Of a DNA stretch of 64,000 nucleotides, positions 23,287 through 37,623 are shown one piece after another; within the stretch, counting starts at the first letter, position 1, and the number at the start of each line of letters is the position of its first letter. The position numbers were made by a program, and so were the translations under genes. The notes beneath the pieces are model-generated. The model ran no database searches. It was not told the origin of the DNA and worked only from the letters and a program-made list of their open reading frames with translations. Source of the DNA: Heterodontus francisci (lineage: Eukaryota); NCBI RefSeq assembly GCF_036365525.1, contig NC_090416.1:16588945-16652944 (forward strand), given 5' to 3'.

Positions 23287-26200
23287 AGCACTGGGGACCA
23301 TATCGTTTATTATAACAATTTAGTAAGGATTTAATAAGTATTTATTTTATATTAATTAACTAATTAGTGATAGAAATGTCAGTAAAAGGGGTGAAGTGCT
23401 TCACCTGTGAGATGTGGGAAGTCCGTGACACTTCCAGCATTCCGGGCGACTCCGCCTGCAGGAAGTTTACCCAGTTGCAGCTCCTCACAGACCACATGGA
23501 TCGGTTGGAGCGGCAACTGGAAGCACTTGGGAGCATGCAGGTGGCAGAGAGCGTCATAGACAGGAGTTTTAGAGAAGTGGTTACACCCAAGGTGCAGGCA
23601 GATAGACGGGTGACCGCTAGAAGGTGCAGGCAGTCAGTGCAGGAATCCCCTGTGGCTATCCCCTTCTCCAACAAGTATACAGTTTTGGATACTGTTGGGG
23701 GGGATGGCCGAGCAGGGGAAAACAACAGCAGCAGCCAGAGCAGTGGCACCACGGCTATCACTGTTGTTCAGCAGGGAGGGACAAAGCGCAAAGAACAATA
23801 GTTATAGGGGACTCTATAGTCAGGGGCACAGATCGGCACGTCTGTGGACGTGAAAGAGACTCCAGGATGGTATGTTGCCTCCCTGGTGCCAGGGTGAAGG
23901 ATGTCTCTGAACGGACAGGGGGCATTCTGAAGGGCGAGGGTGAACAGCCAGAGGTTGTGGTACACATCGGTACCAATGACAAAGGCAGGAAGAGTGCTGA
24001 GGGCCTGCAGGGGGAGTTTAGGTAGTCAGGTAGAAAGTTGTAATCTCTGGATTAAACCCTGTGCCACGTGCCAGAGAGGATAGAAATAGGAAGATAGTGC
24101 AGCTAAACACGTGGCTGAGCAGCTGGTGTCGAAGGGAGGGTTTCAGATATCTGGACCATTGGGCTCTCTTCAGGGACAGATGGGACCTGTACAAGAAGGA
24201 CGGGTTGCATCTAAACTGGAGGGGCACTAATATCCTGGCTGCAAAGTTTGCCAGCGTCACTCGGGAGGGTTTAAACTAGTGTGGCAGGGGGGTGGGAACC
24301 AGAGCAGTGGGACAGCTAGAAAAATAAATGAGGAGGACATAGTAAATAAGGCCAGTAAGACTAAGTGGAAGAGCAGGCAGGAAGATGTTGCTGAGCACAG
24401 CGGGACTGGTGCTCTGAAGTACATTTCTTTCAATGCGAGAAGTATAGCAGGTAAGGTAGATGAAATTAGAGCTTGGATTAGTACTTGGAAATATGATGTT
24501 GTTGCTATTACAGAGACTTGGTTGAGGGAAGGGCAGGATTGGCAGCTAAATGTTCCAGGCTTTAGAAGCTTCAGGTGGGATAGAGGGGGATGTAAAAGGG
24601 GTGGGGGAGTTGCATTACTGGTTAAGGAGAATATCACAGCTGTACTGCGGGAGGACACCTCAGAGGGGTCATGCAGCGAGGCAATATGGGTGGAGCTCAG
24701 GAATAGGAAGGGTGCAGTCACGAAGTTGGGGGTTTACTACAGGCCTCCCAACAGCCAGCGGGAGGTAGAGGACAAGATATGTAGACAGATTTTGGAAAGA
24801 TGTAAAGGTAACAGGATTGTGGTGGTGGGTGATTTTAACTTCCCCGATATTGACTGGGACTCACTTAGTGCTAGGGGCTTGGATGGGGCAGAATTTGTGA
24901 GGAGCATCCAGGAGGGCTTCTTGAAACAGAATGTAGATAGTCCAACTAGGGATGGGGCCATTCTGGACCTGGTATTGGGGAATGAGCCCGGCCAGGTGGT
25001 CGAAGTTTCAGTGGGTGAACATTTCGGGAGCAGTGACCATAATTCCATAAGTTTTAAGGTACTTGTGGATAAGGATAAGAGTAGTCCTCGGGTGAAGGTG
25101 CGAACTTGGGGGAAGGCTAATTATAACAATATTAGGCAGGAATTGAAGAATTTAGATTGGGGGCGGCTGTTTGAGGGTAAATCAACATCTGACATGTGGG
25201 AGTCTTTCAAACGTCAGCTGATTAGAATCCAGGACCAGCATGTTCCTGTGAGGAAGAAAGACAAGTTTGGCATGTTTCGGGAAATTTGGATAACACTGGA
25301 TGTTGTGAGCCTAGTCAAAAAGGAAAAGGAAGCATTTGTAAGGGCTGGAAGGTTAGGAACAGACGAAGCACTTGAGGAATATAAAGACAGTGGGAAGGAA
25401 CTTAAGCAAGGAGTTAGGAGGGCTAAAAGGGGTCATAAAAAGTCATTGGCAAACAGGATTAAGGAGAATCCGAAGTCTTTTTATACATGTATAAAGAGCA
25501 AGAGGGTACCAGGGAAAGGGTTGGCCCACTCAAGGATAGAGATGGGAATCTATGTGTGGAGCCAGAGGAAATGGGCGAGGTGCTAAATGAGTACTTTGCA
25601 TCAGTATTCACCAAAGAGAAGGACTTGGTGGATGATGAGCCTAGGGAAGGGAGTGCAGATAGTCTCAGTCATGTCATTATTAAAAAGGAGGAGGTGTTGG
25701 GTGTCTTGCAAAGCATTAAGGTAGATACGTCCCCAGGGCCTGATGGGATCTACCCTAGAATACTGAGGGAGGCAATGGAAGAAATTGCTGGGGCCTTGAC
25801 AGAAATCTTTGCATCATCATTGGCTACAGGTGAGGCCCCAGAGGACTGGAGAACAGCCAATGTTGTTCCTTTGTTTAAGAAGGGTGGCAAGGATAATCCA
25901 GGAAATTATAGGCCGGTGAGCCTTACGTCAGTGGTTGGGAAATTATTAGAGAGGATTCTTCGGGATAGAATTTACTCCCATTTGGAAACAAACGAACTTA
26001 TTAGCGAGAGACTGCATGGTTTTGTGCTGGGGAGGTCATGTCTTACTAATTTGATTGAGTTTTTTGAGGAAGTGACGAAGATGATTGATGAAGGAAGGGC
26101 AGTGGATGTTATCTAAATGGAATTTATTAAAGCCTTTGACAAGGTCCCGCATGGCAGACTGGTACAAAAGATAAAGTCACACGGGATCAGAGGTGAGCTG

Positions 26201-27305
26201 GCAAGATGGATACAGAACTGGCTCGGTCATAGAAGACAGAGGGTATCAGTGGATGGGTGTTTTTCTGAATGGAGGGATGTGACTAGTGGTGTTCCGCAGG
26301 GATGAGTGCTGGGACCTTTGCTGTTTGTAGTATTATAAATGATTTGGAGGAAAATGTAGCTGGTCTGATTAGTAAGTTTGCGGACGACACAAAGGTTGGT
26401 GGAGTTGCGGATAATGATGAGGATTGTCAGAGGATACAGCTGGATATAGATCGGTTGGAGACTTGGGCGGAGAAATGGCACATGGAGTTTAATCCGGACA
26501 AATGTGAGGTAATGCATTTTGGAAGGACTAATGCAGGTGGGAGGTATACAGTAAATGGCAGAACCCTTAGGAGTATAGACAGACAGAGAGATCTGGGCGT
26601 ACAGGTCCACAGGTCACTGAAAGTGGCAACGCAGGTGGATAAGGTAGTCAAGAAGGCATACGGCATGCTTGCCATCATTGGTCGGGGCATAGAGTATAAA
26701 AATTGGCAAGTCATGTTGCAGCTGTACAGAACCTTAGTTAGGCCACACTTAGAATATTGCTTGCAATTCTGGTCGCCACACTACCAGAAGGACGTGGAGG
26801 CTTTGGAGAGGGTACAGAGGAGGTATACCAGGATGTTGCCTGTTCTGGAGGGCATGAGCTATGAGGAGAGGTTGGAAAAACTCGGATTGTTTTCACTGGA
26901 ACGATGGAAGTGGAGGGGCGACATGATAGAGGTTTACAAAGTTATGAGCGGCATGGACAGAGTGGATAGTCAGAAGCTTTTTCCCAGGGTGGAAGAGTCA
27001 GTTACTAGGGGACATAGGTTTAAGGTGAGAGGGGCAAAGTTTAGAGGGGATGTGTGAGGCAAGTTTTTTACACAGAGGGTGGTGAGTGCCTGGAACTTGC
27101 TGCCAGGGGAGGTGGTGGAAGCAGATACGATAGCGACGTTTAAGAGACATCTTGACAAATACATGAATAGGAAGGGAATAGAGGGATATGGGCCCCGGAA
27201 GTGCAGAAGTTGTTAGTTTAGGCAGGCATCAAGATCGGTGCAGGCTTGGAGGGCCGAATGGCCTGTTCCTGTGTGGTACTGTTCTTTGTTCTTGTTCTTT
27301 GTTCT
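23287..27305 (+). mobile_element. CR1 LINE, disabled (copy 2)
   Basis: Shares most lesions with copy 1 (ORF1 deletion, TAA after VDVI, TGA after VPQG). Confidence 0.92.
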
Positions 27306-27600
27306 CTCTGTCTATCTGTCCATCTCTCTGTCTATCTATCTGTCTATCTGTCTATCTGACTATCTATCTATCGATTTATCTATCTGTCCATATCTATCTA
27401 TCTATGTATCTATCTATCTGTCTATCTATCCACCTGTCCATCTCTCTCGCTCTATCTATTTGTCTGTCTGTTTATCTCTATCTATCTGTCTGTCCATCTC
27501 TATCTATCTGTCTGTCCATCTCTGTCTGTCTGTCTGTCTATCCCTCAGTACTGACCCTTTGACAGTGCGGCACTCCCTCAGTACTGACCCTTTGGGAACT

Positions 27601-28817
27601 GAATATTCCAGGGTATTTGACAGTTTGGAATGACAGGAAGCAAGGAAAAGGAGGTGGTGTAGTTCAGTTAATAAAGGATGAGATCAGTACAGTAGTGAGA
27701 AATGATCTTGGCTCAGAAAATCAAGATGTGGAATCAGTTTGGGTGGAGATATGAAATAGCATAAATTCATACAGGAGCTGCACTGTGGGACAGAGTATAA
27801 ATCAAGAAATAAGGGGGGGGGCTTGTAAGGAAAATACTGCAGTAATCCTGGGTAATTTTAATCTTCATATAAATTGGAGTAATCAAACTGGTAAAGTTAG
27901 ATCGAGGATGAGTTCATGGAGTGTACTCAGGACAGTTTCTTAGAACAATACATTCTGGAACCAATCCGGGAGCAGGCTATTTTAGACCTGGTAATGTGTA
28001 AGGAGACGGAATTAATTAATGACCTCTTAGTAAAGGAAGAATAGAAAAGTAGAATATTATTTACATGGAGAGAGACCGCAGAATGCTGCAGTACAGAGGG
28101 ATCTGGGTGTCCTTGTACATGAATCACAAAATGTTAACGTGCAGGTACAGCAAGTAATTAGGAAGGCAAATGGAATGTTGGTATTTATTGCAATGGGGAT
28201 GGAGTATAAAAGTAGGGACATCTTGCTACAACTGTACCGGGCATTGGTGAGACCGCACCTAGAATACTGCATACAGTTTTGGTCTCCTTATTTAAGGAGG
28301 GATATACTTGCATTGGAAGCAGTTCAGAGAAGGTTCACTTGGCTGATTCCTGGGATGAAGGGATTGTCTTATTAGGAAAGGTTGAGCAGGTTGGGCCTGT
28401 TTAGAGTTTAGAAGAATGAGAGGTGATCTTATTGAAAAATATAAAGTCCTGAAGGGGCTTAATTGGGTGGATGGTGAGAGGATGTTTCCCCTCGTGGGAG
28501 AATCTAGAACTAGGGGGAACAGTTACAGAATACGGGGTCTCCCATTTAAGACGGAGATGAGGAGGAATTTCTTCTCTGAGGGTCATTAATCTTTGGAATT
28601 CTCTTCCCCAGGGAGCAGTGGAGGCTGGGTCATTGAATATATTCAAGGCTGAGTTGGAGAGTTTTTTGATCTACAAGGGAGTTGAGGGTTATGGTGGGGG
28701 GCAGACAGGAAAGTGGAGATAAGGTCACAATCAGATCATCCGTGATCTTATCGAATGGCGGAACAGTCTCGATGGGCCGAATGGCCTTCTCCTGTTCTTA
28801 TTTCTTATGCTTTTATG
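27601..28817 (+). mobile_element. Degenerate CR1 fragment
   Basis: Paralogue of 11185-12400. Confidence 0.8.
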
Positions 28818-28823
28818 TTGAAG

Positions 28824-29105
28824 ATATCGTACCTGCTGTATTCAATAGCTGTCCAGGTCTTTAAAGCCCAAAGTGGCCGTAACTGTTCCTATCTGTGCAG
28901 AGACACCTTGGCAGTAATATAATATAATGAAAATGGCCTGGCTGAAACTCCCCGGGTCTGGATATCTCAGTACAGATCGGGGAAGGGGTGGTGGGAGTGC
29001 TGGAATCTGGGCCTTCCCAGCAAGTGTCCTGTAAGGGAACTGAATGACCTCAACGAAGGAACGAGTTCACAGAGGGAGATGAGGCTGAAGTGATTGTAGT
29101 GTGTG
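28824..29105 (+). pseudogene. Putative inverted V relic (copy 2)
   Basis: Paralogue of 12407-12688. Confidence 0.5.
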
Positions 29106-31573
29106 CGAACAAGAGGAGGCCATTCAGCCCTTCGAGACTGCTGTACCATTCCATTAGATCATAGCTGGTCTGTACCTTAACCCCATATACCCTGCCTTAG
29201 CTCCATAATCCTTGCTGCCCTTACCCAATAAAAATCTATCAACCACAATCTTTATAACTCCAATTTTTAATGAAGTGCATTTCTATAGCGTCTTTCACAA
29301 CCTCAGGATGTTCCCAAAGTGCTTCGCAGCCAATGAAATACCTTGAAAAGCAATATTGGGAAATGAAGAATGGGATGTAGAGCAGGAGGAGTTCAGTTCA
29401 GTTCTCCTGAGGGGCCCAGTCCAGATAATGGGTTGTTTTGTTATAAATGTGTGACGTGTCCAAGAATGTAACCGTTTCACAGTGTTTCTCGGATTTCCGT
29501 CCTGTTTCTGTGTGTTTCAGAGCAGGGGAACTGGGCCCAGATGCTGCTGCTCTCTGCTGCTTATCAGACAGTGAACAGGGAGGTTTCGGTTCCTCCCCGA
29601 GGCTCCTCTCCCACCCCCTGCAGCGAGTGACCACACCACCTGCACCACATCACAAACAAGACAAAAACAGCATCGATTTGGGTATCAGGATCTAAAATAA
29701 GGCTTTCAGAACACCGCCCAGATCCCCTGTGGTTGATGACGAGGGCCTGATCTGAGCTGCATTCAGTGCCATTCTCAGACCCAGTCTGGAACCTGGCTGT
29801 TCGGCCATGTGAATCATCAACATTGTGGATTTAACTGGACTGATAAACGTTTGATGGCCTTTAAGACACTCCTTAAAACATACCTCTTTGACCGAGCTTT
29901 TGGTCACCTGCTCTAATATCTCCGAATGTGGCTCAGCATTAAACTTTGTTTGCTGACACTCCTTGCAACGTTTTATTACATTAAAGGCGCCATATAAATG
30001 CAGATTGGTTGTTGTTGCTTGTTGTGGCGCAGATGACAATTCGTTGAAGACCTTAATAACTAACCGACTGCAGGCCATGACGTACATCAACTAAAGCCAC
30101 AATTAAAACTCAAGGCTTCTGATGTAAGTACAGTACTGAAGGAATACCGCACTGCCGGAGGGGCTATCTGTCACTTGGAATCTGCCCTCTGTTAAAGATA
30201 CTGCAACCCCTATTTAGAAAAAGAGTTGGGGAGTTCTCCCCCATCCCCGTGTCTTGGCTGATATTTATCCTTCAATCAATATCACAAAAAAAGATCACCT
30301 GGGTCATTATCTCATTGTTATGTGTGTGGGATCATGCTGTGCGCAAATTGGCTGCTGTGTTTCCTACATTACAACAGTTGACTAGACTTCAAAAAAAAAT
30401 ACTTGGTTGGCTGTAAAGCGCTGTGGGACATTCTGAAGCTGTGAAAGGAGGCTCACTGTCACCTTCTCAGGGGGACAACTAGTGATGGACAATAAATGGC
30501 TTCTCTTACCAGAGATGCCCACATCTCGAGAATGAAGAAGTGCAGGTTCTGTCTCTCTGGACGCTGTGATGTCCCCTTGTAAAACATATTGAAACTAAAT
30601 AGTTCTAAAAACATCTGCATAAATACAGCATCCTCAGACTCGAGATGAGGATTAAACCTGCATTTAATACCTCTTTAAGTGCGTGGCCCCTTTAAGGTGT
30701 GCTGAGGGACTCTGCTTTTCCAGCACTCTCTGTCCATTTACTCTTTGAGGTGATGCAACCGATACTCTCTCCACAGCTGGGGGCTCAGTTAACAGCCCTT
30801 CCCTCTTATGGCCCCTAGTTCTGCTCTCACCCACAAGTGGAAACGTCCAGCCTTATCGAGTCCTTTCATAACCTTAAAGGCCTCCATCAGGTCCTACCCT
30901 CCCCCCTCCCCCCCCATCTCGGTCTTCTCTTTTCAACCTATCCTGGTAGCCTATCTCAGTACTGGTACCATCCCAGCACATCTTTTCTTGCACCTTCTCC
31001 AGTGTCATTTTATAATATGGAGACGGGAACAGTGTACAGTAATTCCAAGTGTGGTCTAACTGAGGTTCCCTACAAGTTTGACTTAATGTATCTGCTTCTC
31101 AATTCTATCCCTCAAGAAATTAACCCCGGTGTTTGGATTGTTTTTTATAAGGCCTTATTCAGCAGCATTGCTGCAGTTACTCTATAACCCTCGATCCACA
31201 ACCCTATTTAGACTCTTTCTTCCCCACCTCCCCCTCCCTCCAGGACTAGGTGACCTCATTCATCCTCCCAAAAAGTAGCACCTCACACTTATCCATACTG
31301 ACCTTCATTTGCCAATTACACACCCATTCTGCATGTCACTTCATGTCCTGTCATTTGTGATGGACCTAATATTAACTGCAGCCTCCCCCAATTTGGAGTC
31401 ATCAGCGAACTCTCAAATTGTACCTGGTGCTAGTCTGTCCCGTGCCATCCCATCTCTCGGACCGGGATAGTGAGCAGTTCTCCCTGGGAGGGACGGTATT
31501 TTATTCCAAACAGAGGCTTTTCCTGTAAATCACATACAATGATGGTCTAGTATGGGAGAAACTACACTTTAGG

Positions 31574-32100
31574 ATGGGAGGGTTGTTAAGAGGGTGCAGA
31601 GGAGGTTTACTGGAATGGTTCCAGGGATGGGGGAATTCTAGTTATAAGGTCAGCCTGGAGAAGCTGGGATTGTTTTCCTTGGAGCGAAGGAGATTGCAGG
31701 GAGATTTAATAGAGGTGGACAAGATTATGACAGATCTGGATAGAGTAGACAAGGAAAAACAGTTCCCATTAACTGATGGTACAAGGGCTAGGGGACACAG
31801 ATTGAAAGTTTTGGGCAAGAGATACAGGGGTGGGGGGGGGGTGGGCGGGGGGGATGGGAGGAAGAATTTATTTATTTTTAAATGCAGTGAGTGACAATGA
31901 CCTGGAACTCACTGCCTACCAGAGTGGTGGAAGCGGGAGACAATGATTTCAGTAAGAAACTGGGGTGGGGGAGGGGGCACTTGAAGGAAATAAATTCGCA
32001 GCGGGCCACGGGGGTGCGGGGAGTGGGACTGACTGGATTGCACTACGGGGAGCTGGCACGGGTCCGAGGGGCCGAACAGCCTCCTTCTGTGCCAGAAATG
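31574..32100 (+). mobile_element. CR1 3' fragment
   Basis: Paralogue of 15127-15640. Confidence 0.75.
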
Positions 32101-32616
32101 AAATCGAATTCGTTTAAAATAGTTAACTCTGCTTGAATATTTTTTTATTAAATCTGCCCAAAAGAAAAATCCTCAAATCGCCAATATTCGTACAGTTAAC
32201 CACTGACTTGCACCAATATCCACCTCAACCCACCCCCTCCCCCAGAAAAAAAATAACAGAGCAATTTGAATTCATGTCATCTTTATTAAAACAGCCACAC
32301 ACAGAGAGATACACTTTTCAATTCTAACAAATGGTACCACTGAGAGAAAGGAGAGAGGGAGCAGAACCCATCCAGCTCCAAATGGGAATGTACTCCCGGG
32401 ATAGGTGGTCCTGATATTCACTGTCACCCACCTGCGCCCCCCAGTTAAAATTGGATCCAAAATTGGATCGTTAAACTGCGATTGAAGTGACTGTTTCAAC
32501 ATCGTTGGCCACATTTGCTACAGTGATTACATTGTAAAACAACAACAACAACATTCCACATATTGAATAATATTTCATCAGCAATAAATCAAACTCTAAA
32601 CCCCAGTTGCCCCCTC

Positions 32617-32945
32617 TCAGTCGGAACAAGCGGTGGAGCTGATGGTTTTGAGGAGAGGTGAGCTCAGAGAGCCGTGGTCCACACTGCAGGTATAGCTGGA
32701 GCCCTTATTCCAGGCAGTGGCGGGGACTCTCAGGTAACTGCTCAGGCTGTAGGTTTGATCACTGTCCGTGGACACGGTGCCTGTGGTCACCCCGCTGTCT
32801 GTCTCTTTATCATCCACTCTCCAGAGAACCCGCACGAAACCCGGCTTAAAGCGGCTCACCAGGCAGGACAGAGTAGCCCATCCCGAGTCTATTTCTTCCG
32901 AGGAAGGAGGGAGCAGGAGAACTGATGGTTTCCGATCCTCACTAC
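32617..32945 (-). CDS. Ig light-chain constant exon, cluster 3
   Basis: Intact; protein identical to C2. Confidence 0.97.
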
Positions 32946-34221
32946 CTGTGTGTGTGAGAGACAGGGTGGAAGAAAGAAATCTCACTGTTAGTATCAATCA
33001 TTTTTTCTAAAAGGCACATCCAGAATTAGTAACACATACTATAATTTAAAACAAACATTTAACTTGACTTCAGACTTAGGTAGAGACAGTAAATAATATA
33101 ATAGCCTGAGTGTTTCCAGCACTCAATTTCAGATTTCCAGCATCTGCAGGATTTTGCTTTGATTGGATTAAAATTAAATATTTAGTCCAATCTTAACTCC
33201 CTGTCAATTGAGAGCTGGACTTGTACATGGATTCGAGACATTCAGATAAATTAATTAACTGAATATTAAATACAACAGACAATATCGAATTGTTTAAAAT
33301 TCAGGGGCAGATTAAAATCAAAAGTTTAAAATTTGAGGAAGTTTCACATTTCGGATAGGCTGTACTGGAGGTCTTATGGAGGTGCTCGGAGTATGTATTG
33401 GGAGTAACGCAACCTCCCAGATCCACACTCAGAGTTCGGTGATCACCTCACCAGGAAAAACGAGTTTTAAAAGTAATAAAGTTCGGGGCGGTTTCCATTT
33501 AGAAAGTAGGTTAGACACTTCACATGAACGAACGACAGCCGGAAGGAGGGGGCTGGGAAGGGAGACGGGGTCTGGGGGGTAGAGGGACCGGGTGCGTTAG
33601 GAACAGACAAGATGGGGGGGGCGCAGAATGAGGCCATTCGGTCCATCGAGTCCGTGCCGCAGCCTAACCCACTTCCCAGCTTTGGGAGTCTTTTTTTGAG
33701 GTGAGTGTGAGTAAAATTCCTGTTTGTAAATCTTCCAGCAACACCCGGGGCAGGCTCCCTATTTATACAACAGTGCAGCGAATAGACGGAGAAGTCCACA
33801 CCTGCACACTGCAGACCTGGCCGAACAGACTCGAGGGGCTGAATGGCCTTTCTCCCCTGTTCATTCTGCATTTTTTTTTGCCAATGGAGTTTTTCCTCGG
33901 TTCTGAGGAAAGGTCAGAGACCCGAAACTGTTCACCGTTTCTCCCTCTCTCTCCGCAGAGGCTGCCCAGACCTGCTGAGTATTTCCAGCATCTTCTGTTT
34001 TTTTTATTTCAGATTTCCAGCATCCGCAATTGTTTTGCTGCTATTTTAGTGTTTATTTTTCTACCCTCCAGAATCCAAATTCCCAGCACTGAATCAGTGG
34101 ACAGAAAAATAAAAATCTGACCCAATTTTTTTTCACCGTTATCAGGGCAGATCCGATTCTGCAACAATAAATGAATAAATAATTGAAACAATATGAATGA
34201 TAGGATGAGGGAATTACTTAC

Positions 34222-34258
34222 TCCGTAAACTCAGGGCGGTCCCAGGACCGAAGGTAAA
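34222..34258 (-). CDS. J segment, cluster 3
   Basis: FTFGPGTALSLR; one silent change (GGT vs GGA). Confidence 0.95.
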
Positions 34259-34297
34259 CACAGTGCAGTGTTTTAATGGGACGGGTCACCTAAAACC
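34259..34297 (+). other. 23-RSS of J3
   Basis: CACAGTG, 23 nt, CCTAAAACC. Confidence 0.85.
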
Positions 34298-34612
34298 CAG
34301 GCTGGGAAGAAAGAGGGGAAAATATTAATAATCTGTCCTTTATTACATTCCCTTTCACATTCTGCCTTTCACAGGGGCCGGAATGCTGAGAGTCTGGAGA
34401 AAGATTTTCACATATCAGTGAGGAAACCCTGAGAATATCAGTGTTTACCTACCCAGCTAATAGTCCAAATATTGGGGAAAATCCAAATAAACCCATGGAA
34501 TTCCAGTGAGATTTTCCACAAGTTACATAAGGAATATTTCTGAAGCTCATTCCACAGTCTCAGGCAGGAATATTTCAGTAGCTGTTGGAATTCTGAGTGG
34601 TTCTGTTGGTGC

Positions 34613-34640
34613 AGTTTTTGTATTGCCCTGTCTCACTGTG
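34613..34640 (-). other. 12-RSS of V3
   Basis: CACAGTG, 12 nt, ACAAAAACT. Confidence 0.95.
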
Positions 34641-34969
34641 TATATAGCCTGCTGAGGTATCCTCGGCAGCACAGTAATAGACGGCGGAGTCTCCCGGTTC
34701 CAAGCTGCCGATGGTCAGAATGTGACTGTTACTGGAGGTGTCTCTGGTAGGTAGAAAACGGTCCGTGAAGCCGGTGCCTCGATAGATGCTACCACTTGTA
34801 TAGTGGGCTAACACCCACACCGGAGCCTCCCCGGGTCTCTGTCGGTACCAGCTCATGTCGTAACTGCCCACATTGCCGTTCTGCATCGCACACTTTAACT
34901 CGGAGGTCTCACCGGCGGAGACTGGGTCTGAAATTGGGGTCTGATTGAGGACAGGAACCGCCAGAACAC
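34641..34969 (-). CDS. V exon, cluster 3
   Basis: Open frame; CDR1 GNVGSYDMS, CDR2 AHYTSGSIY, CDR3 AAEDTSAGYI. Confidence 0.95.
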
Positions 34970-35131
34970 CTTCAACACAAAACACAAGAGAGAGAAAAAC
35001 ACATTCAGTTTATTGGGGCACAAAAGCACACTGATAAATAAACAGGCCGGGCTACCAAATCCCTTAGCTTCCTAATCTAATGGTTTAAAAATGAATAATT
35101 GAGTAACGTTGTGTAAACATAAGTCTCTCAC

Positions 35132-35180
35132 CTGTTAAATGGAGTAGCAGGGTCCCCAGGAGATACATTACTGCAGCCAT
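35132..35180 (-). CDS. Leader exon, cluster 3
   Basis: Identical to leader 1. Confidence 0.92.
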
Positions 35181-35283
35181 TCCCTCCGGGGGGGGGGGAA
35201 AAACCCGTGAAGAATTAGAGAGCAGGGTTTTACTGTAATTCCAGAAAGTGGATCCAGTTACAGTGCCGGACAAGGTGAGACCA

Positions 35284-35319
35284 GTATCTATTATATGAAC
35301 CTGTATGCAAATACAGGGA
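35284..35319 (-). promoter_or_regulatory. V promoter, cluster 3 (octamer 35305-35312)
   Basis: ATTTGCAT on the minus strand. Confidence 0.85.
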
Positions 35320-36263
35320 GGGTTGAGAGGAGCAGGGGGAGGGGACCAGACCAGATTTTTTTTATTGAGCCTCTATTGGTCCCCAATTAAACATTTCCAT
35401 GTATTTATTTCCACCGAGTTGAGGGTTAATTCACAATAATTTCTGATTTTAACCCCCCCTTCTCATGTCAAGAGTGTGAGATTTAAAAGAACAACTGTAG
35501 AAATTGCACATTTTATCCCAGATGGGCAAAGACAAAAGCCCTTCAGAATCCAGTGCCTTGAATTCATCCAGAACAGGTTTAACCCAGCGATCGTTAAGGA
35601 TTTGTTTTTTTTTTATATTTGGGTCTGCAATGTGTACTTAAACACATATCTTTATATCCAACACGCTGGTGTTTGCAACAAAGCAGTTCATTGGAAGGAT
35701 TGGAATGGAAGAGATTGACTGGACTGCTTCTCTGAGCTGCTCTTTTTTCCTATCCGCCACTGTACAAGTGCACTGCTTGTCCTGGCGTTTGAGCCGAGTG
35801 TAGGGTCAAAACACTCGTTTCTCACTCAGGCCGACGTTCAGAAACAGCCAGAATCAACTCCAATATCCGTTTTAATTGGTAATGCAACGAGGAGTGAGAT
35901 TCTGACCGGGCAAGCTGACTGCTCGGCTAGTTTCTGTGTTGTGTCCGGATCCTGTGTTAAGTCCAGTTTCAATGAAATGTGTTTTCCTGCTGCAACAGTT
36001 CCTGCCCTGACTTTTTTTTGCTGCAACTAAACCACATGTATCGGAACCTCAGTCCCAGGAATACATTTGTTTTAACATTCCATTTCAGATGTTTTGTGTC
36101 AATCACTCGATGCCAAGGGAAAACGTTCAACAAGTTGCTCGTGAGAGGAGTTAGTTTCTTTAAAATGAATATTTTCTATCTTTTTATTTAAAATTCACTT
36201 AATTTGATGTGGACATCACTTGGCCCTGCCCGCATTTATTGTCCATCCCTCATTGCCGTTGAG

Positions 36264-36615
36264 GGCGGCACAGTGGCGCAGTGGTTAGCACTCCAGCCTC
36301 ACAGCTCCAGGAACCCGGGTTCGATTCCGGGTACTGCCTGTGTGGAGTTTGCAAGTTCTCCCTGTGTCTGCGTGGATTTTCTCCGGGTGCTCCGGTTTCC
36401 TCCCACAAGCCAAAAGACTTGCAGGTTGATAGGTAAATTGGCCATTATAAATTGTCACTAATATAGGTAGGTGGTAGGGTAATATAGGGACAGGTGGGGA
36501 TGTTTGGTGGGAATATGGGATTAGTGTAGGATTGGTATAAATGGGTGGTTGATGTTCGGCACAGACTCGGTGGGCCGAAGGGACTGTTTCATTGCTGTAT
36601 CTCTAATCTGATCTA
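36264..36615 (+). mobile_element. HE1-like tRNA SINE (copy 3)
   Basis: Same position as in units 1 and 2. Confidence 0.85.
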
Positions 36616-37623
36616 AAGATGGTGGTGGAGCCGCCTTCTTGAACTGCTACAGTGCAGTGGTTTTTGTGCAACAGAACTGAGGGCAGTTAAGAGTCAACCA
36701 CATTGCCGTGGGTCTGGAGTCACATGTAGGCCAGACCAGGTGAGGACGGCAGATTTCCTTCCCTAAAAGGACATTTGTGAAACAGATGGTTTTTTGTTAA
36801 TGAACATTCAATTTATGGTCACCATTACTGAGACTAGGTTTCAATTCCAATTTTTCTTTTAATTAATTAGTTGAATTTAAATTCCATGGTGGGATTTAAA
36901 CACGTGTCTCCAGAGCATTATCCTGGGCCTCTGGATTAGTAATATCTAGTGACATTACTACTACGCCACCTTGTGATGGATCAATATTAATTCTAGAAAT
37001 GTGATCGGATTTGACCCAGTGAAAGGGGGAGTGTGGGAAGAAGAACAGCAGGGAAGGTCTGTGACAGGGGTGGAGGGCAGGAGAGATTAAATGACAAAAA
37101 GGGTGTCAAGGTGCAAAGCCAAAGGGAGTGGTAATGAGAGATGTGTCTGGAGGAGGTGTGAATGGCAGGATCGGAACACAAGGTAAAGGAAATAAGAGGT
37201 CAACAAGAGAGATAAACTAACAAATCAGCAAAGAAAAGGGCAACAAAAATGAGGGCGGGGGGGTTACAAACTAAAATTGTTGAATTCAGTGTTGAGTCTG
37301 GAAGGTTGTAGAGTGCCCAGTCGAAAGATGAGGTGCTGTTCCTGCAGTTAGCCTCCGATTACTGACATGTTCAGTCAAGTCAGTGTCGACTAGCTGCCCC
37401 CTAGACAGAGAATTTGACCCCTCCACCACTAAAAATCCACATCTGATTGGTCTCCACAGCAGAAACAGACCCACCTCCCTCCCCTCCCACCAGCAGATTC
37501 TCTGGGTCATTTTCAACTAACCCTAACCTGCATTACTATAGAGACCTCAGGATGTCCTAAAGACAGAAAAATAAACACCTGTTTTGAAGTCTGGTCATTG
37601 TAACATCGTAAGGCAATGCACAA

